64,000 nucleotides of DNA from Octopus vulgaris (taxonomy: Eukaryota). The stretch spans positions 90,272,001-90,336,000 of the forward strand of contig OX597822.1 of NCBI GenBank assembly GCA_951406725.2. Reading direction: 5' to 3'. The translations under genes were made by a program, and so were the position numbers. A model generated the notes under the pieces. It saw only the letters and a program-made list of their open reading frames with translations. It was not told the origin of the DNA and searched no databases. Positions 12,520 through 24,529 of this stretch are shown here, one piece after another; position 1 is the stretch's first letter, and each line of letters starts with the position of its first letter.

Positions 12520-12900
12520 GTAGGTTGCTTACCAACCACATAGTTCCAGGTTCAGTCCCACTGCATGGCACCTTGGGCAAGGGTCTTCTACTATAGCCTT
12601 GAGCCGACTAAAGCCTTGTGAGTGTAATTGGTATATGGAAACTGAAAGAAGCCTGTCGTATATATGTATATATATATGTATGTATGTGTGTGTTTGTGTG
12701 TCTTCGTCTGTCCCCACCAACATTGACAACTGATGCTGATGTGTTTATATCCCCGTAACTCAGCAGTTTGGCAAAAGAGACCAGTAGAAGAAGTACTAGG
12801 CTTACAAAGAATAGGTATAAGTCCAGGGGTCGATTTGCTCGACTAAAGGCTGTGCTCCAGCATGGCCACAGTTAAATGACTGAAAGATTAAAAGAATAAA
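12520..12900 (+). mobile_element. CORE-type tRNA SINE (OR1-like)
   Basis: B-box GGTTCAGTCCC, CORE-like caccttgggcaag, internal (TA/TG)n and tail aaatgactgaaa..aaagaataaa. Confidence 0.85.
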
Positions 12901-13561
12901 GGGTGGCTAGCAGCAATTTAAAACCAACAAAGAAATAATTCACTGTCACTATATATAAACTGATGCAGAGTATAATCAAGGCCTACTAACAAAAAAACTA
13001 GCCTCTCATCCGCATCTCCACGCAAGCTACAAGGGTTTTTGTGAGCACGTGGTTTGTACAATTTTTCCAGGTAGGAAGGAGGCAGGACATTTGATTGCAG
13101 CATCTTATAACCATATTTTGCTTATAGAAATCAGATTGTAGTTTAACATCTGTTACTAGGCTGTTCTAAATTCATGGAGATATTGCTTATAATTTAAAGC
13201 TTTGTTATTAAACTTTCAAAAATAATGACACTACCTTGATAGGCAATGCGTTGGGGTGTGTGAATAACCAAGATGAGGCAAGGAATGATGGTCAGAATTT
13301 GATAAGTGCAGAACTTAAGGTTTATTTATTCATTATTTCATTAAAGACTGCTGTTCTGGCTGTGCAGACTTAATCATGAGTGGAATATATATATATATAT
13401 ACCGTATATTATATATTATGATATTTATTTCAGTTAACTATTATACATTTTATTACATTAAGAAAATAATTATTCAATAAATAATTAAATTAAATGAAGA
13501 AAATATGAGGTACGCCATAATAATAATTTAATAATCTTGTATAATTTTAATTTATAAATAC

Positions 13562-14155
13562 TTTGTAAGATACTCTCCCGGTTGTTTATGGCTGGCCAAG
13601 ATCATCCTGCAGGAGAGTGTAGAGGGACATCAACGTCTTGCTGAGGTTCAGCATCTTGATCAGGCCAACCAAGGTGAGGGACTCCACTACATGCAGCAGT
13701 AAATAATACTTCTGTCCACCATAGACTGACAGACACCAGTGCTAGCAGTTTGGGCAAATGTCTCACCAATGCTGGGCTAGCGTGTTTCTTTGCACATGGC
13801 TGCAACGACTGGCTACTAGCACTGCTACCAGAAGATTGTCCATTTCCTACAGGAAGAGCTGGCCTTGATCCTCTCCTCAAACCAGATGGCATGCACTGGG
13901 TGTTTTCTTTTGACATGCAACTTCACATTGTCCCTAGGTTCACTGCTTTCCTTTGATGGTGGTCTCCTTGGGCTGGCACATGACACACTGGAAGTACAGG
14001 ATTTTGGCGTTCCTCTTATCTCTTAACATAAACAAAAAGTAGTCCTCCGTGTGGGGCCAATGGTTCTGAGAGCCCTGGCTCTCAACCGAAGTGACCTCTG
14101 CCTCCCCAACAGGCCCTTCATCCGCAGGCCGAACAAAAACGTTTTCACCTTCCAT
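13562..14155 (-). pseudogene. hAT transposase N-terminal part (BED zinc-finger region), separated from the catalytic part by a probable intron
   Basis: MEGENVFVRP...HWPHTEDYF...YFQCVMCQPK (BED-like), then frameshifted LHVVESLTLVGLIKMLN. Possible donor AA|GTATTT at 13561. Confidence 0.7.
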
Positions 14156-14509
14156 GATGATAAGCAATAACTTGATAAACCGATAATGTAGACTGTTGTC
14201 ACCGACACTGTAAGACCATAATGTGACAACGTTGTAAGTGAACACAACTAAAAACTGCAGAATTGCACTACGTTGTTCATCTCGCTGGTGCTGCGTCAAC
14301 CAATAACGTGCCTGACGGACTCTTCGAGACACACCCACAAGAGACAGGGACAAACGCATGAATTTTGTTAGCGGAACTAAATTTAGCGGAAGCTAATTGG
14401 TCCGCTAATGGTTTCCAGAGTTAGCGAAAACGCTAATCCACTAAGCGAAAAATTAGCTTCGCTAATTAGCTGTTAGCGGATTAGTGGGACTGTGCCTACT
14501 ACTGGTATC

Positions 14510-16320
14510 ACAAAACGTATTTCATGCTGTTTGATATTTTAAAACCAACTAGATAAACAAAAAAATTACTTAAAAAAATTATGTCGAGGGGAAAATTCGA
14601 GCGCTTCTGGAATTTTTGGTTTGTGACACTTCTCTAACTCGAAAATAAATTGTTGTTTTGGAGGATTTCACATTCCAGTATTTCGGATAAAAGTGTATCG
14701 ACTGCATTACTGGTAAGTTCGTTACAGTTCAAGATAAACAATAAACATTAGAAATATCTGAAGGACATTGAAATTACTAATGTTTGACTTTTTAAATGAA
14801 TACAGAGAACAAGAAACGTTGATGACATTTTGGTTACAATGTTTACACCGAAAACCCCCGACGCATCGTAAGCGACATACTTTCAATAGAAAATTTATAA
14901 TTACAAAAGCATACATTTCATAAACTTTAGACATTTGTTATTGTTTTCTTTTTTACTTTGAAATCGAGAAAATTTATACATTAATCGAATTTGTGGAAAA
15001 TTTAAATACATATAATCCTTTGGAGAGAAACAGGTAAGCCCGGTAATACAGTAATTGTAGATTAAACTTGAAAAGAAATATAAACAGATGGAAATGCAAC
15101 GAAATTTTGTAACGAGAAACCTATAGTTACTTATTAAATATATCATTATATCCTTGAAAAGTCAACAAACCTTCGCCGATTTTTTCCAGCTTCTCGTATT
15201 TTTGCATTTTTTTCTAAACTCCAGAGCAATGTGTTAAAGGTAAAGCTATAATATTAATTAGATTCGAATTATGGGGAAAATAGGAACAAAAGAGATAATT
15301 TGCAAGTAAATAATCCTTTAATTATTTTTATAAATAATATCTGAAATTTAAAAGTAAATTGTGAATTCCCTTTGTAAAATTTAAATCATTATACTAACAC
15401 GATATGAAAACTAAAGATCTCAATATTCGAAATATATTTGTTTTTAAATCTGCTCAGTGTCAAAGCATGAAATTTGCTATGATATACTCCCACATTTTCG
15501 CTTTTCTTCTCGTGTTCCACCCTGTTGAATGCACTCTGTGGGAATACATGTTTGTGTATAATAATAAGTTTAGGTATATGGTGTAGACATACCCAAATGG
15601 TTAAGATATTCACTTAATCGGGTTCGATATCACTACATGACATATTGGATTTATATAACTTCTGGTTACTCTAAGTGTTGTGGGTGAAATTTGGTGGATA
15701 GAAATACTGTGGAAACTGTCAGATGGACTTTATTGTAATTCAAAGTGCTTTTGTCGGAAGATTTAAGTTAACGATACACGGGTTAACGGGATACTCAACC
15801 ACTTAGGTTATTGTTGTGTATTTTGCTACTGTCAGCCTTCTACTCATCCTGTTAATTTCATTATCACACAGTCAAATCTTAACTACATGTAAATCTTGGC
15901 TCCCTTCAGTTCGGTCTAGTTTAGCCATTACTCATCTGTTAAATGTTATGTCACGGCCGGTTGGTTGTTAGTCAGGTCTGTTGTGGTGACTGATTAAATT
16001 GATGAATTGCAAATATGCATGGCATTGAATTCGATATCGCATTTTTCCACATAGAAATCACAATTCAATCATGTGCACAACCGAGATTTTATCCAATGAA
16101 CGGCCGCTGTTCACGTGATAGTTCGGTGGTCGAACTGGAAACTTCCGTGCTCGAGGCCTTCAAATACAGCCAAATTGAGCACCAAAAATTCTCTGTCTTG
16201 GGTCGAGTTACTATACACTCCCCTAATAGTTGTTTTAACAGCTGTATATTCAACCTAGAATGAAAGAAGGCACACCACGGCACCTATGTAAAAATTTGCC
16301 CAAATGTTAAGTATCCAACA
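14510..16320. promoter_or_regulatory. CpG-retaining, mostly unique region around CDK5 exon 1 (probable unmethylated promoter zone)
   Basis: CG dinucleotides are visibly frequent here and rare in flanking intronic DNA. The region surrounds the CDK5 start codon. Confidence 0.5.
15171..15207 (-). CDS. CDK5: Cyclin-dependent kinase 5, coding exon 1 (37 nt)
   Basis: ATG CAA AAA TAC GAG AAG CTG GAA AAA ATC GGC GAA G encodes [12 protein letters not shown](G), the CDK5 N-terminus, followed by a GTTTGT donor at 15170. Not present in the ORF track. Confidence 0.96.
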
Positions 16321-16336
16321 AAGACTTTCTGTATTG

Positions 16337-17098
16337 GGATCTTTTCCTTTTGAACGGCACTTTGTAACATAATTTCTAGGTAACTAAAAGGTTTTAAACT
16401 TCGTATACTGGTAGAATGTGTTTATAAAACATCATTTTCTCTTGGCTTTATTGAGAAAATTCTATAGTTTATAAGATATTTCGTCTCAAATTTCTTGCAT
16501 TTCGGCCATTTTAAGCAATCAATTACCTCCATTGACGTAAATAACATTCTGTGCATAATGAATATGTCCCTCCTTTAAGAAACAGATTGGGTTTATTTAT
16601 ATTTGTGAAGAAAAAAAAGATACCCTTCCCCAACCCCTAACACTGACTAACCCTAAATCTAAAATAAATTGAAATGCAATAGATCGATACTAGGGCCATA
16701 ATTATGGGTGACATTTTCATTTGACACCGCTAGAAAAAAATCCCATTTTCCGTAGCGGTGTCGTATGAAATTGTCACCCATAATTATAACCCTAATATCG
16801 ATCTATTGCATTTCAATCTATTTTAGAGTTAGGGTTAGGGGTGGAGGAAGGGTATCTTTTTTCTTCACAAATGTAAATAAACCCAATCTGTTTCTTAAAG
16901 GAGGGACATATTCATTATGCACAGAATGTTATTTACGTCAATGGAGGTAGACGAAATATCTTACAACCTATAGAATTTTCTCAATAAAGCCAAGAGAAAA
17001 TGATGTTTAATAAACACATTCTACCAGTATACGAAGTTTAAAACTTTTTAGTTACCTAGAAATTATGTTACAAAGTGTCGTTCAAAAGGAAAAGATCC
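16337..17098. mobile_element. Foldback MITE, nearly fully palindromic, with 8-bp TSD (Merlin-like termini)
   Basis: GGATCTTTTCCTTTTGAACG...CGTTCAAAAGGAAAAGATCC termini, with arms pairing for about 350 bp. CTGTATTG is duplicated at 16329-16336 and 17099-17106. Confidence 0.9.
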
Positions 17099-17219
17099 CT
17101 GTATTGTATAAACACCTTTCCTGTTAATGTGACAGATAAATTATTTTCTAATACATAAAGAAGCTTTCCTTGTTATATATGTTTGTTGGGCTGCATGTGG
17201 AAGTAACTGAACAACACCT

Positions 17220-17620
17220 GTGAACAAGCTTGCTACCCAACCACATGGTTTAAGGTTCAGTCCCACTGCATGGCACCTTTGGCAAGTGTCTTCTACTATA
17301 AGCTCATCATATGTGTGTGTGTGTGTGTGTATATATATATACATATATACACACACATATATTGTCAGACCCTAATGGTCGGTGCAGCCATTAGTTTATA
17401 TACATATGTATATGTCTATGTGTGTGTCTTTGTGTCTGTTTTTGTTCCCCCATCACCACTTGACAACTGGTATTGGTGTGTTTATGTTCCTGTAACTTAG
17501 TGGTTCGGCAAAAGAGATCGAAAGGATAAGTACTAGGCTTTAAAAAATAAAATAAGTCCTGGAGTCAGTTTGTTCTACTAAAATCTTCAAGACAGTGCTC
17601 CAGTGTGGTTGCAGTCAAAT
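17220..17620 (+). mobile_element. OR1-like CORE SINE
   Basis: Same family as 40135-40512. Confidence 0.8.
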
Positions 17621-18144
17621 CATAGTATCAGACATAAGGCACATTGAGGTAATCAACAAGGAAAGTCAGTATGCCTGCAACTCAATATCTGGAGAGGCAG
17701 GTCCATACTGTCTAACAGTGTTGTGGCTGCTGGACAAATGGCAGACTACTTGGGATCTGATTTGTTCCAGATCTCCACATGGGATAAAAAAACTAAGACA
17801 AGGTAATTTACCCAGAAACTAGGAAAGAAAAAGTTATTTCTAAAGGATCAGGCTATAGTTCTAAACACCTACATCACATCATGCCTGACTGAGGTGTGAT
17901 CTAGGAGTCACCTATTCCTGCCTGACCATTGTACCTTACCCATTTCATGGCTGACCTGAGTGGAGTGCTTTTTGGCACTTGACTACGCTCTTACTAGTTG
18001 TCAGCTCTTGTTAATATAATACTTTTGTATCAGACTGCCTTCTGATATTCCCTTTCACACGCTTCTCAAAAGCTCATTTACTGGACTTTTCCACGAACAC
18101 TTTCATATCATAAATTACGTACCACTCTCACTAAATTAGTGACA

Positions 18145-18920
18145 CTGGTTTAATGAAGAATTTTGTGAAGGCCATGGACAAAATTGGCACTGCCTTCCAA
18201 TACTCATGCACTCTGTTTCCAGCTCTGAGTTCTGCTAAGCTCAAGGAGAGTATCTTTGTCAGACCTGAGGTCCGAGAGGTGCTGAAGGATAAGAACTTTG
18301 AGGAGCTTCTCTTAAGAAACTGAGAGTATTGGAAGTATTTAAGTCAAGCTGCTATAGCTTCCTTGGTAGCACATGGGTACTAGATTACCAAGAATGTATC
18401 AAGAAGTTCTTACAGTCTTATGAGGTTATGGGATGCTGAATGTCACTCAAAATTCACTTTCTCCACTCCCACCTCAACTTCTTCCCTCCAAAGCTCGGAG
18501 CAGTGAGAGAGGAGCATGGAGAAAGGTTCCACCAAGATATTACTAAGATGGAGAGCAACTACCAAGGCAAGTGGAACCCCACCATGATGGGGGACCTTTG
18601 TTGGATGCTCTTGTGTGACTTCCCAGAGGGAATGTACACAAGATCACCCAAAAAACTCACTTCTAACTGTCTACTATACTATGATTTATATGTATTGGAT
18701 TATCCAAGTAATTTATGTCCATCAATGTTCCCTATCTATGCTGTTTTTTTCTGTAATATGCCTTTATAACAGATGAAATAAATACATATTTTCAATTTAT
18801 ATGCAGTATAATTAAAATATGTGAAAGTTAAAAAATGAGGTGATAAAACAAACTTGTTCAGAAAATTGAATTCACAACATCAAAATTAGTAAAAAATACC
18901 TATTCACATCCTTGCCAGTG
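18145..18920 (+). mobile_element. Chapaev3-type (CMC) DNA transposon 3' fragment
   Basis: GLMKNFVKAMDK...MSLKIHFLHSHLNFFP.KLGAV.EEHGERFHQDI..ME..YQGKW is typical of Chapaev3 transposases. Ends CAGTG at 18920, followed by TAA. Confidence 0.8.
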
Positions 18921-19189
18921 TAATTATTGTGCAATGTCAGAACAAGGAAACACGAACTCACAAACACACGTATGCATGCACACACACACATGCACATGCG
19001 TGCACACACACACATACACACACAAAAGGCTTCTTCAGTTGTCATGAGCTAAAGCAAAAGAAACTTGCCCAAGGTGCCATGCAGTGGAAATGAACCCTAA
19101 ATCACATGATAGGAAACCAAACTTGTTAATCACACATCACATACCCATTCCTGTGACTAATAAAAAAATTAATATACTATCAATGAGAT

Positions 19190-19620
19190 GATTCCATTTA
19201 TACCAAACTTTAATAACTCACAACTGTTTTATTTGATACAGAGGACAAAACCAGCATATTGCAGGTCCACAAACCATAGCAGAAATGTTGGTCAGCTCAG
19301 TGATGGAAAAATTGATCAAAATGGATCAAGTAAGAATAGAAACCATCACAGGCCTAACCAACCTGCCAAGTGGCTTACAAATGATTGTGGGGTTGAGGAA
19401 AGAAAATCAGGTTTCACTTATGTGGTTACACATATCATTTAAAGGCTTTCTGTCTACAGTAAAGTTGGTAAGCAGGAAGACTACTGCTACTAACACTATT
19501 ACCACCGTAGCAATTACAGTGACAGAAACAACAACAACAGCCTCAGAAAGCTCCCACTTACCAAACAGCAACAGAACACTATGACAAACACACACAAGGC
19601 AGTCCTCTACCTGCTTCAGA
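19190..19620 (+). mobile_element. Degraded L1/Tx1 ORF1 remnant
   Basis: Decayed knuckle HLCGYTYHLKAFC near 19413-19455, followed by a Thr-rich stretch. Confidence 0.4.
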
Positions 19621-20234
19621 TCACTCAAATATGTTGTGTAGTGAAGGTGACAGGGAAGAGCTTGTAAGAATTAACACTTCCTCCTCTAAGCCTAGATTTG
19701 AAACTGAATCCAATAATCCTCGGTCGTCCAAACCACAACGATCAACAGGTGCGAAAAAAGGTTTTGCTTTGTTCTGTCAAAAATTGATTGAACATCTCCC
19801 TTTGACCTGTGACCTCAGCCATGTCAGGTGAAGTTCAACTGGACAAGCGCTGACCTACTTAGGTACTAACTCTTCTGCAGTATGTCTGTTTTTCTAGTTG
19901 CCACAAATATTATAAAACCAAGTGAAACAGGAGAGGCAAGAGACAATCGCAGCAGAGACGGGAGCAGACACATGAGATAGATTTATCTCCGACCCAAGGT
20001 TTTTGGCAGACGACAGAGACAGAGAGAAATGCTCGAAGCGCCGATCGACTACTGTTTCGAATGAAACACGCACACACACACACAACCATATTCATTTCTA
20101 ATATGTACTCTGTATTTCTAGCAACTCGTAGCAGTTGCCTACATTTGTATGTAGTGTACCTATAACCCTGTAAATAAATTCCTTTCAATCATGAAACGGT
20201 TTATGTATTTGTTTACATACACACATAACCACTA

Positions 20235-20732
20235 CAGGAATATCCTGCAATCGCCAAGAAAGCGCTGCGACTTCTTGTGCAGTTTTCAACCTCCTACTTC
20301 TGTGAATTTGGATTTTCAGCCCTGACAGCCATCAAGCATAAGAAGCAAGCACAATTGCTGTCTGTGGAAGATGAACTACGTGTGTGTCTAACAAAAACAC
20401 GACCCAATCTTAAAGAGTTGTGCAAGAAACACCAGGCTCAAGTTTCTCATTGAGTTTTTGATGAGAATAAATGTAATCTATTCAAACTAAAGTTTTTTTT
20501 TAATACATGTTTTAATAATAACTATAGATGCAAGAATAAAATTGCATGTGTACGTGACAATTTTTTACAGTTTGTGATTTTATTATAAATAAATCTGAAC
20601 ATGTGTATTTTCATTTCATTAATTAAATACTGTTTTTTGCATAAGACAATTAAATTATTGCACAGGGGTTCCTCGAGCCAGTGGAATGTTTCTTTGGGGG
20701 TTCTGCTCCAGCAAAAAGGTTGAAAAGCACTG
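20235..20732 (+). mobile_element. hAT Charlie/Buster 3' fragment
   Basis: EYPAIAKKALRLLVQFSTSYFCEFGFSALTAIK...ELRVCLTKTRPNLKELCKKHQAQVSH*. TIR ggttgaaaagcactg is followed by GTCTAGAG, a Buster-type target site. Confidence 0.88.
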
Positions 20733-22399
20733 GTCTAGAGTATTTCATAGGAATGTGCCACTCCTTAGTGCTAGCAGAATATAGGAGAGCTATGCTGGAT
20801 GTGCCCTTGGACTGTGGGCTAACCAATAGAACCAATGAAATTTCCGGCTTATACGCATTTGGACATGGACAATTAGCATCAAGTTATCGAAAGTGTACTT
20901 AGAAAGAGTATTCTGATGACTAGTTAGATAGGGATAGGAGAATAGATTGTCCACAATTTATAATTGTCAGCTAGAGACCAAAAATACATTCAACCTAGAT
21001 AGGCTCTGTAGGCAGGGCTGCTTTGTCAGAGATAAAGGCTGCGTTGTCAGAGCTAAGGTATATGTTCTAAGATACAAAGGAACAAAAGCTATTCAATGGA
21101 TCTGAGTGGCAGAGGCTCAATATGGCAACAAAGTCATAACTCACTCCTAGGCAGATCTTGATGTGTGCTTGTTATTTGATTCCCAACTGATGTGCACTGC
21201 TTTTCCATGGTGTTTTGCTCAACTGTTTGAGACAAATGGCTGACTTGATCACTGGATAAACTTTGGTGCCTATTTTGATGGCCTGCTGCAGCTTTCAGTA
21301 AGGTAGATGGAGTGTTGCAAAAGGCCGATAACAGCTGTGGAAACATGGGATGGTCTGCTCTATGAGTTTTACTTTTATAAGGCAGATTTGTTTGACAACC
21401 TCTTGACAGATATCAACCACAACTGGCAGCAGAATGAGAGAATTCTCAATTTCTTAAGTTGGTGTGTGGTGATATTGCTGAGAAAGTCCCAAACAAGGGG
21501 GATTACATTAATAATTTTCAAACAAACAACTCTACTAAGTAAAGATTTCAAAATTTTGGCCAAAGTGTCGGTGGTTGCTACTAGTAATATGATTGATGCC
21601 CAAACATGTGCCATCCTCAGCAGATCTACTCATGACAACCTTCACCTCATGCAATACATCATAGAGGAGTAGGGAACTTGACATAGGTGGAGACTTTTTC
21701 GATAGATTTCACTGCCAACGCTTGGTGGTTGTCCACATGACAGATGATTTTGATCCCATCTTCTGTGGTTAGATTGTTTCCATGTACAGCTGTCATTAAA
21801 TCCTGCTTAACTAATTTACTACTCCAGTTTTTGTAAGATTGGCATGCTGGGAGCAATGCATGGTCCTTGCTTATAAATCCTATTTAGATAGACCATATAG
21901 ATCACAAGTTTGTGGCTTGTGTAGCTGATGATTGCAAATCGTGGACAATTTACACTATCTCTATCTGCTGGCCTACAGATACAATCAGGATATGCCAATG
22001 CTCTTTGTCTGCTTTCCTGCTTATTAGTACTTTGGTCTTTGATAAATTAACTTTAAGGCCCTTTTCAAATCTGCAATCCCAGAGTCAAAGTCAGTGTGTT
22101 ACCTGGGAATCCATATGAGTAACGATGCAACATTCCATGTGCATATTTATCAAGATGGCAACACTGTGCAGGTGAGTGACTGGTTGGCTTCTGAGACCAT
22201 TCAGAATTAGGAAAAAAGATACCATCTGCTTGGTGGTTAGGGTGAATGGTCACCTATCAACCTCATTCAGTATCATGTAATCAATTTGTCTAGGGTGATT
22301 TTAAGGTTTTATGAGAAAAATGATTGAAAAATCATCTTTTTATAAACATAGCATCAGTTTTTACTTTCAGAGAACTGGAGGGAGAAGCAGTGGAGTCAG

Positions 22400-23840
22400 T
22401 TTTAAAACATGTGTAGTATGTGTTAAGTTTCTTAAGCTCACTCTGCTTATGGAAGAGGAAAACATCCCTCATTGAAAGTTCCAGAGTCCCCTCCCAAACA
22501 AAAAACCCAAAACTGAACCACTGCTATCACTGTGAACAACTATAACAACAAGAACAACAGCAGCAACTTCAACAAATTTGAAAGTGGAGATGAAAGTAAC
22601 AACAGAGGCAGAATAAAAACCAATAAACCCTAACAACAGCAACAATAGTAACACCCTAGGCAAAGTTTCCTTCACAAGAATGGCATCCCATAAAAAAAAC
22701 TATACAACTTCTTGCTGGAAGATAGGTGGACCAAACTAGAGGAAGCTGCTCAATTTAGGAAAATTAAGGTAAGAAGGACATCTCTTGTCCCTTTGCCTGA
22801 AATTCCAGTGAAAGCAGCATCAAATAAGTGTAATTTATTGCTGTGTATACTTAAAAAAACTTATCCGGAGATAGTCACAAACACACAAGTGAAAAGTTCT
22901 TCTGGGACGTATGGCATGACACCAAGAATGGACTTGGTGTAAGGCAGTTTTCAGGGGTTGAAGTCCTATCTACGACTGAGGCTCTCACACTGTAACATTC
23001 AGTGGATCTCAGGTGTATAACAGAATGATATTGTGTTCAAAGGAAGCAACACTTTGCTGAATGTCAAAAGAATGAGGTGAGAGAACTAGTTTGGGACCTC
23101 TCTGGGGATTCTTTTCCATGTTAAAATGCTATCTAGAAAGAATCCCAGATCTCATCTCATTGCCGAATGGAGTGGATCTGTAACTGTGGAGGTCAAAACA
23201 TCTACAACAGCAAGTGCACCACCACCAAGAGCAACAAAAAGAAAACAAACAAACAAACACAATAACAACTGCAGCAGTGTCAATAATATCAACACCTAAG
23301 TTGTCAGGACCAGCAGTAGTGCCTATGCAATGATGTTAAGACCATCCATAAGACCAGGATTTCTGAGACATGTAATTTGGCACCTGTTTTTGATGACTTT
23401 AGATTTATGCTCTTTTAGCCAACCTGCAATAGGAAGTGGATTGGCAATGTTATTTTGGAAATGCCTGGAATGATCTTGGATCCAGATGGTAAATTAGTGG
23501 TCCTGTATATGAACAATAGTGAAGAGGGTGCACTAAGACTTCTAGATCCCTATACTCCAGCAGGGATAGGACAGCCATATTTCTTCAGGTGTCTGAAAGT
23601 GTTCATAGGAATATTTCACTCTTTTGTACTAGTGGGTAACTGGAAAGCCATCTTGGATGCACATTTGGACTGTGGAGAGCTAGCTGATAGGAGATGGGGT
23701 ATAAAAGCCTTGAAAATCTGCTCAAATGTTTCCTAGGTGCTGACTGTATTTCCCAAATGTGCCACTGTGGATATTGGCAAAGAGCATTGGCATATCCTGA
23801 TTGTATCTAGATTGTATCTGTAGGCCAGCAGATGTAGATC
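22400..23840 (+). mobile_element. Degraded L1/Tx1 LINE (ORF1 remnants plus AP-endonuclease)
   Basis: LDPDGKLVVL..LRLLDPYTP..FFRCLKVF..FVLVGNWKAILDAHLD matches the Tx1 endonuclease DPEGR..YAP..GDWNAILD pattern. Confidence 0.7.
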
Positions 23841-24142
23841 AACAAACAAGATGAGGACAAATATCCGTCAAATGTAAATAATGTGCTATTCTACAATGTT
23901 TTACCTGACTTACATGTTTCCATATCTTCCATAACTTATTTGTTAATGTCTTACAGTGATCATTTCTTTCTTCTCTTTCTCTCTCATTTCATTATTTTAC
24001 TTTTTTTGTATACATCTTTCTATCTTTTTCTCTTACTTTCCTTCTCTTCTTGGATCATCAAATCTCTCTGCTTTAGTTCTAATCTTTGTACATAATCTTA
24101 TCTAATTGAAATTTGCCCGCACATTCAAAGATCAATTTTTAT

Positions 24143-24510
24143 TCATCATCATCATCATCGTTTAACGTCTGCTTTCCATGCTAGCATGGGTTGGACGATT
24201 TTGACTGAGGGCTGGAAACCAGATGGCTACACCAGGCTCCAGTCTTGATCTGGCAGGGTTTCTACAGCTGGATGCCCTTCCTAATGCCAACCACTCTGAG
24301 AGTGTAGTGAGTGCTTTTTACGTGCCACCGGCATGGGGGCCAGTCAGGCTGTACTGGCAATGACCTCGCTCAAATCTTTTTACACATGCCACCGGCACAG
24401 GTGCCAGTGAAGCGACGTTGGTAACGATCACACTCGAATGGTGCCCTTTTACGTGCCACGGGTACAGAAGCCAGTTGGCTGCTCTGGCAATGATCATGCT
24501 CGGATGTTTC
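24143..24510 (-). mobile_element. RTE 3'-tail element
   Basis: (cat)n-cgtttaacgtctgctttccatgctagcatggg family. Confidence 0.85.
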
Positions 24511-24529
24511 ACTTAATCACCCAAAGATA

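Larger units (their letters stand above)
7918..14504 (-). mobile_element. Full-length, decayed hAT (Ac/ZBED-like) DNA transposon in CDK5 intron 1
   Basis: 8-bp TSD GTATCACA at 7910-7917 and 14505-14512. Imperfect TIRs CAATGTTGGGCACA / TGTGCCTACTACTG. GCTAA/TAGCGG subterminal repeats at both ends. Transposase pseudogene inside. Confidence 0.93.

Noticed and set aside
15585-15725. tRNA gene (A/B box-like motifs)
   Set aside because: No cloverleaf, and the sequence continues into an old OR1-like SINE body. The same applies to the other SINE heads.
16625-16845. Interstitial telomere (CCCTAA/TTAGGG)
   Set aside because: Only two or three imperfect units, lying symmetrically inside the MITE arms.
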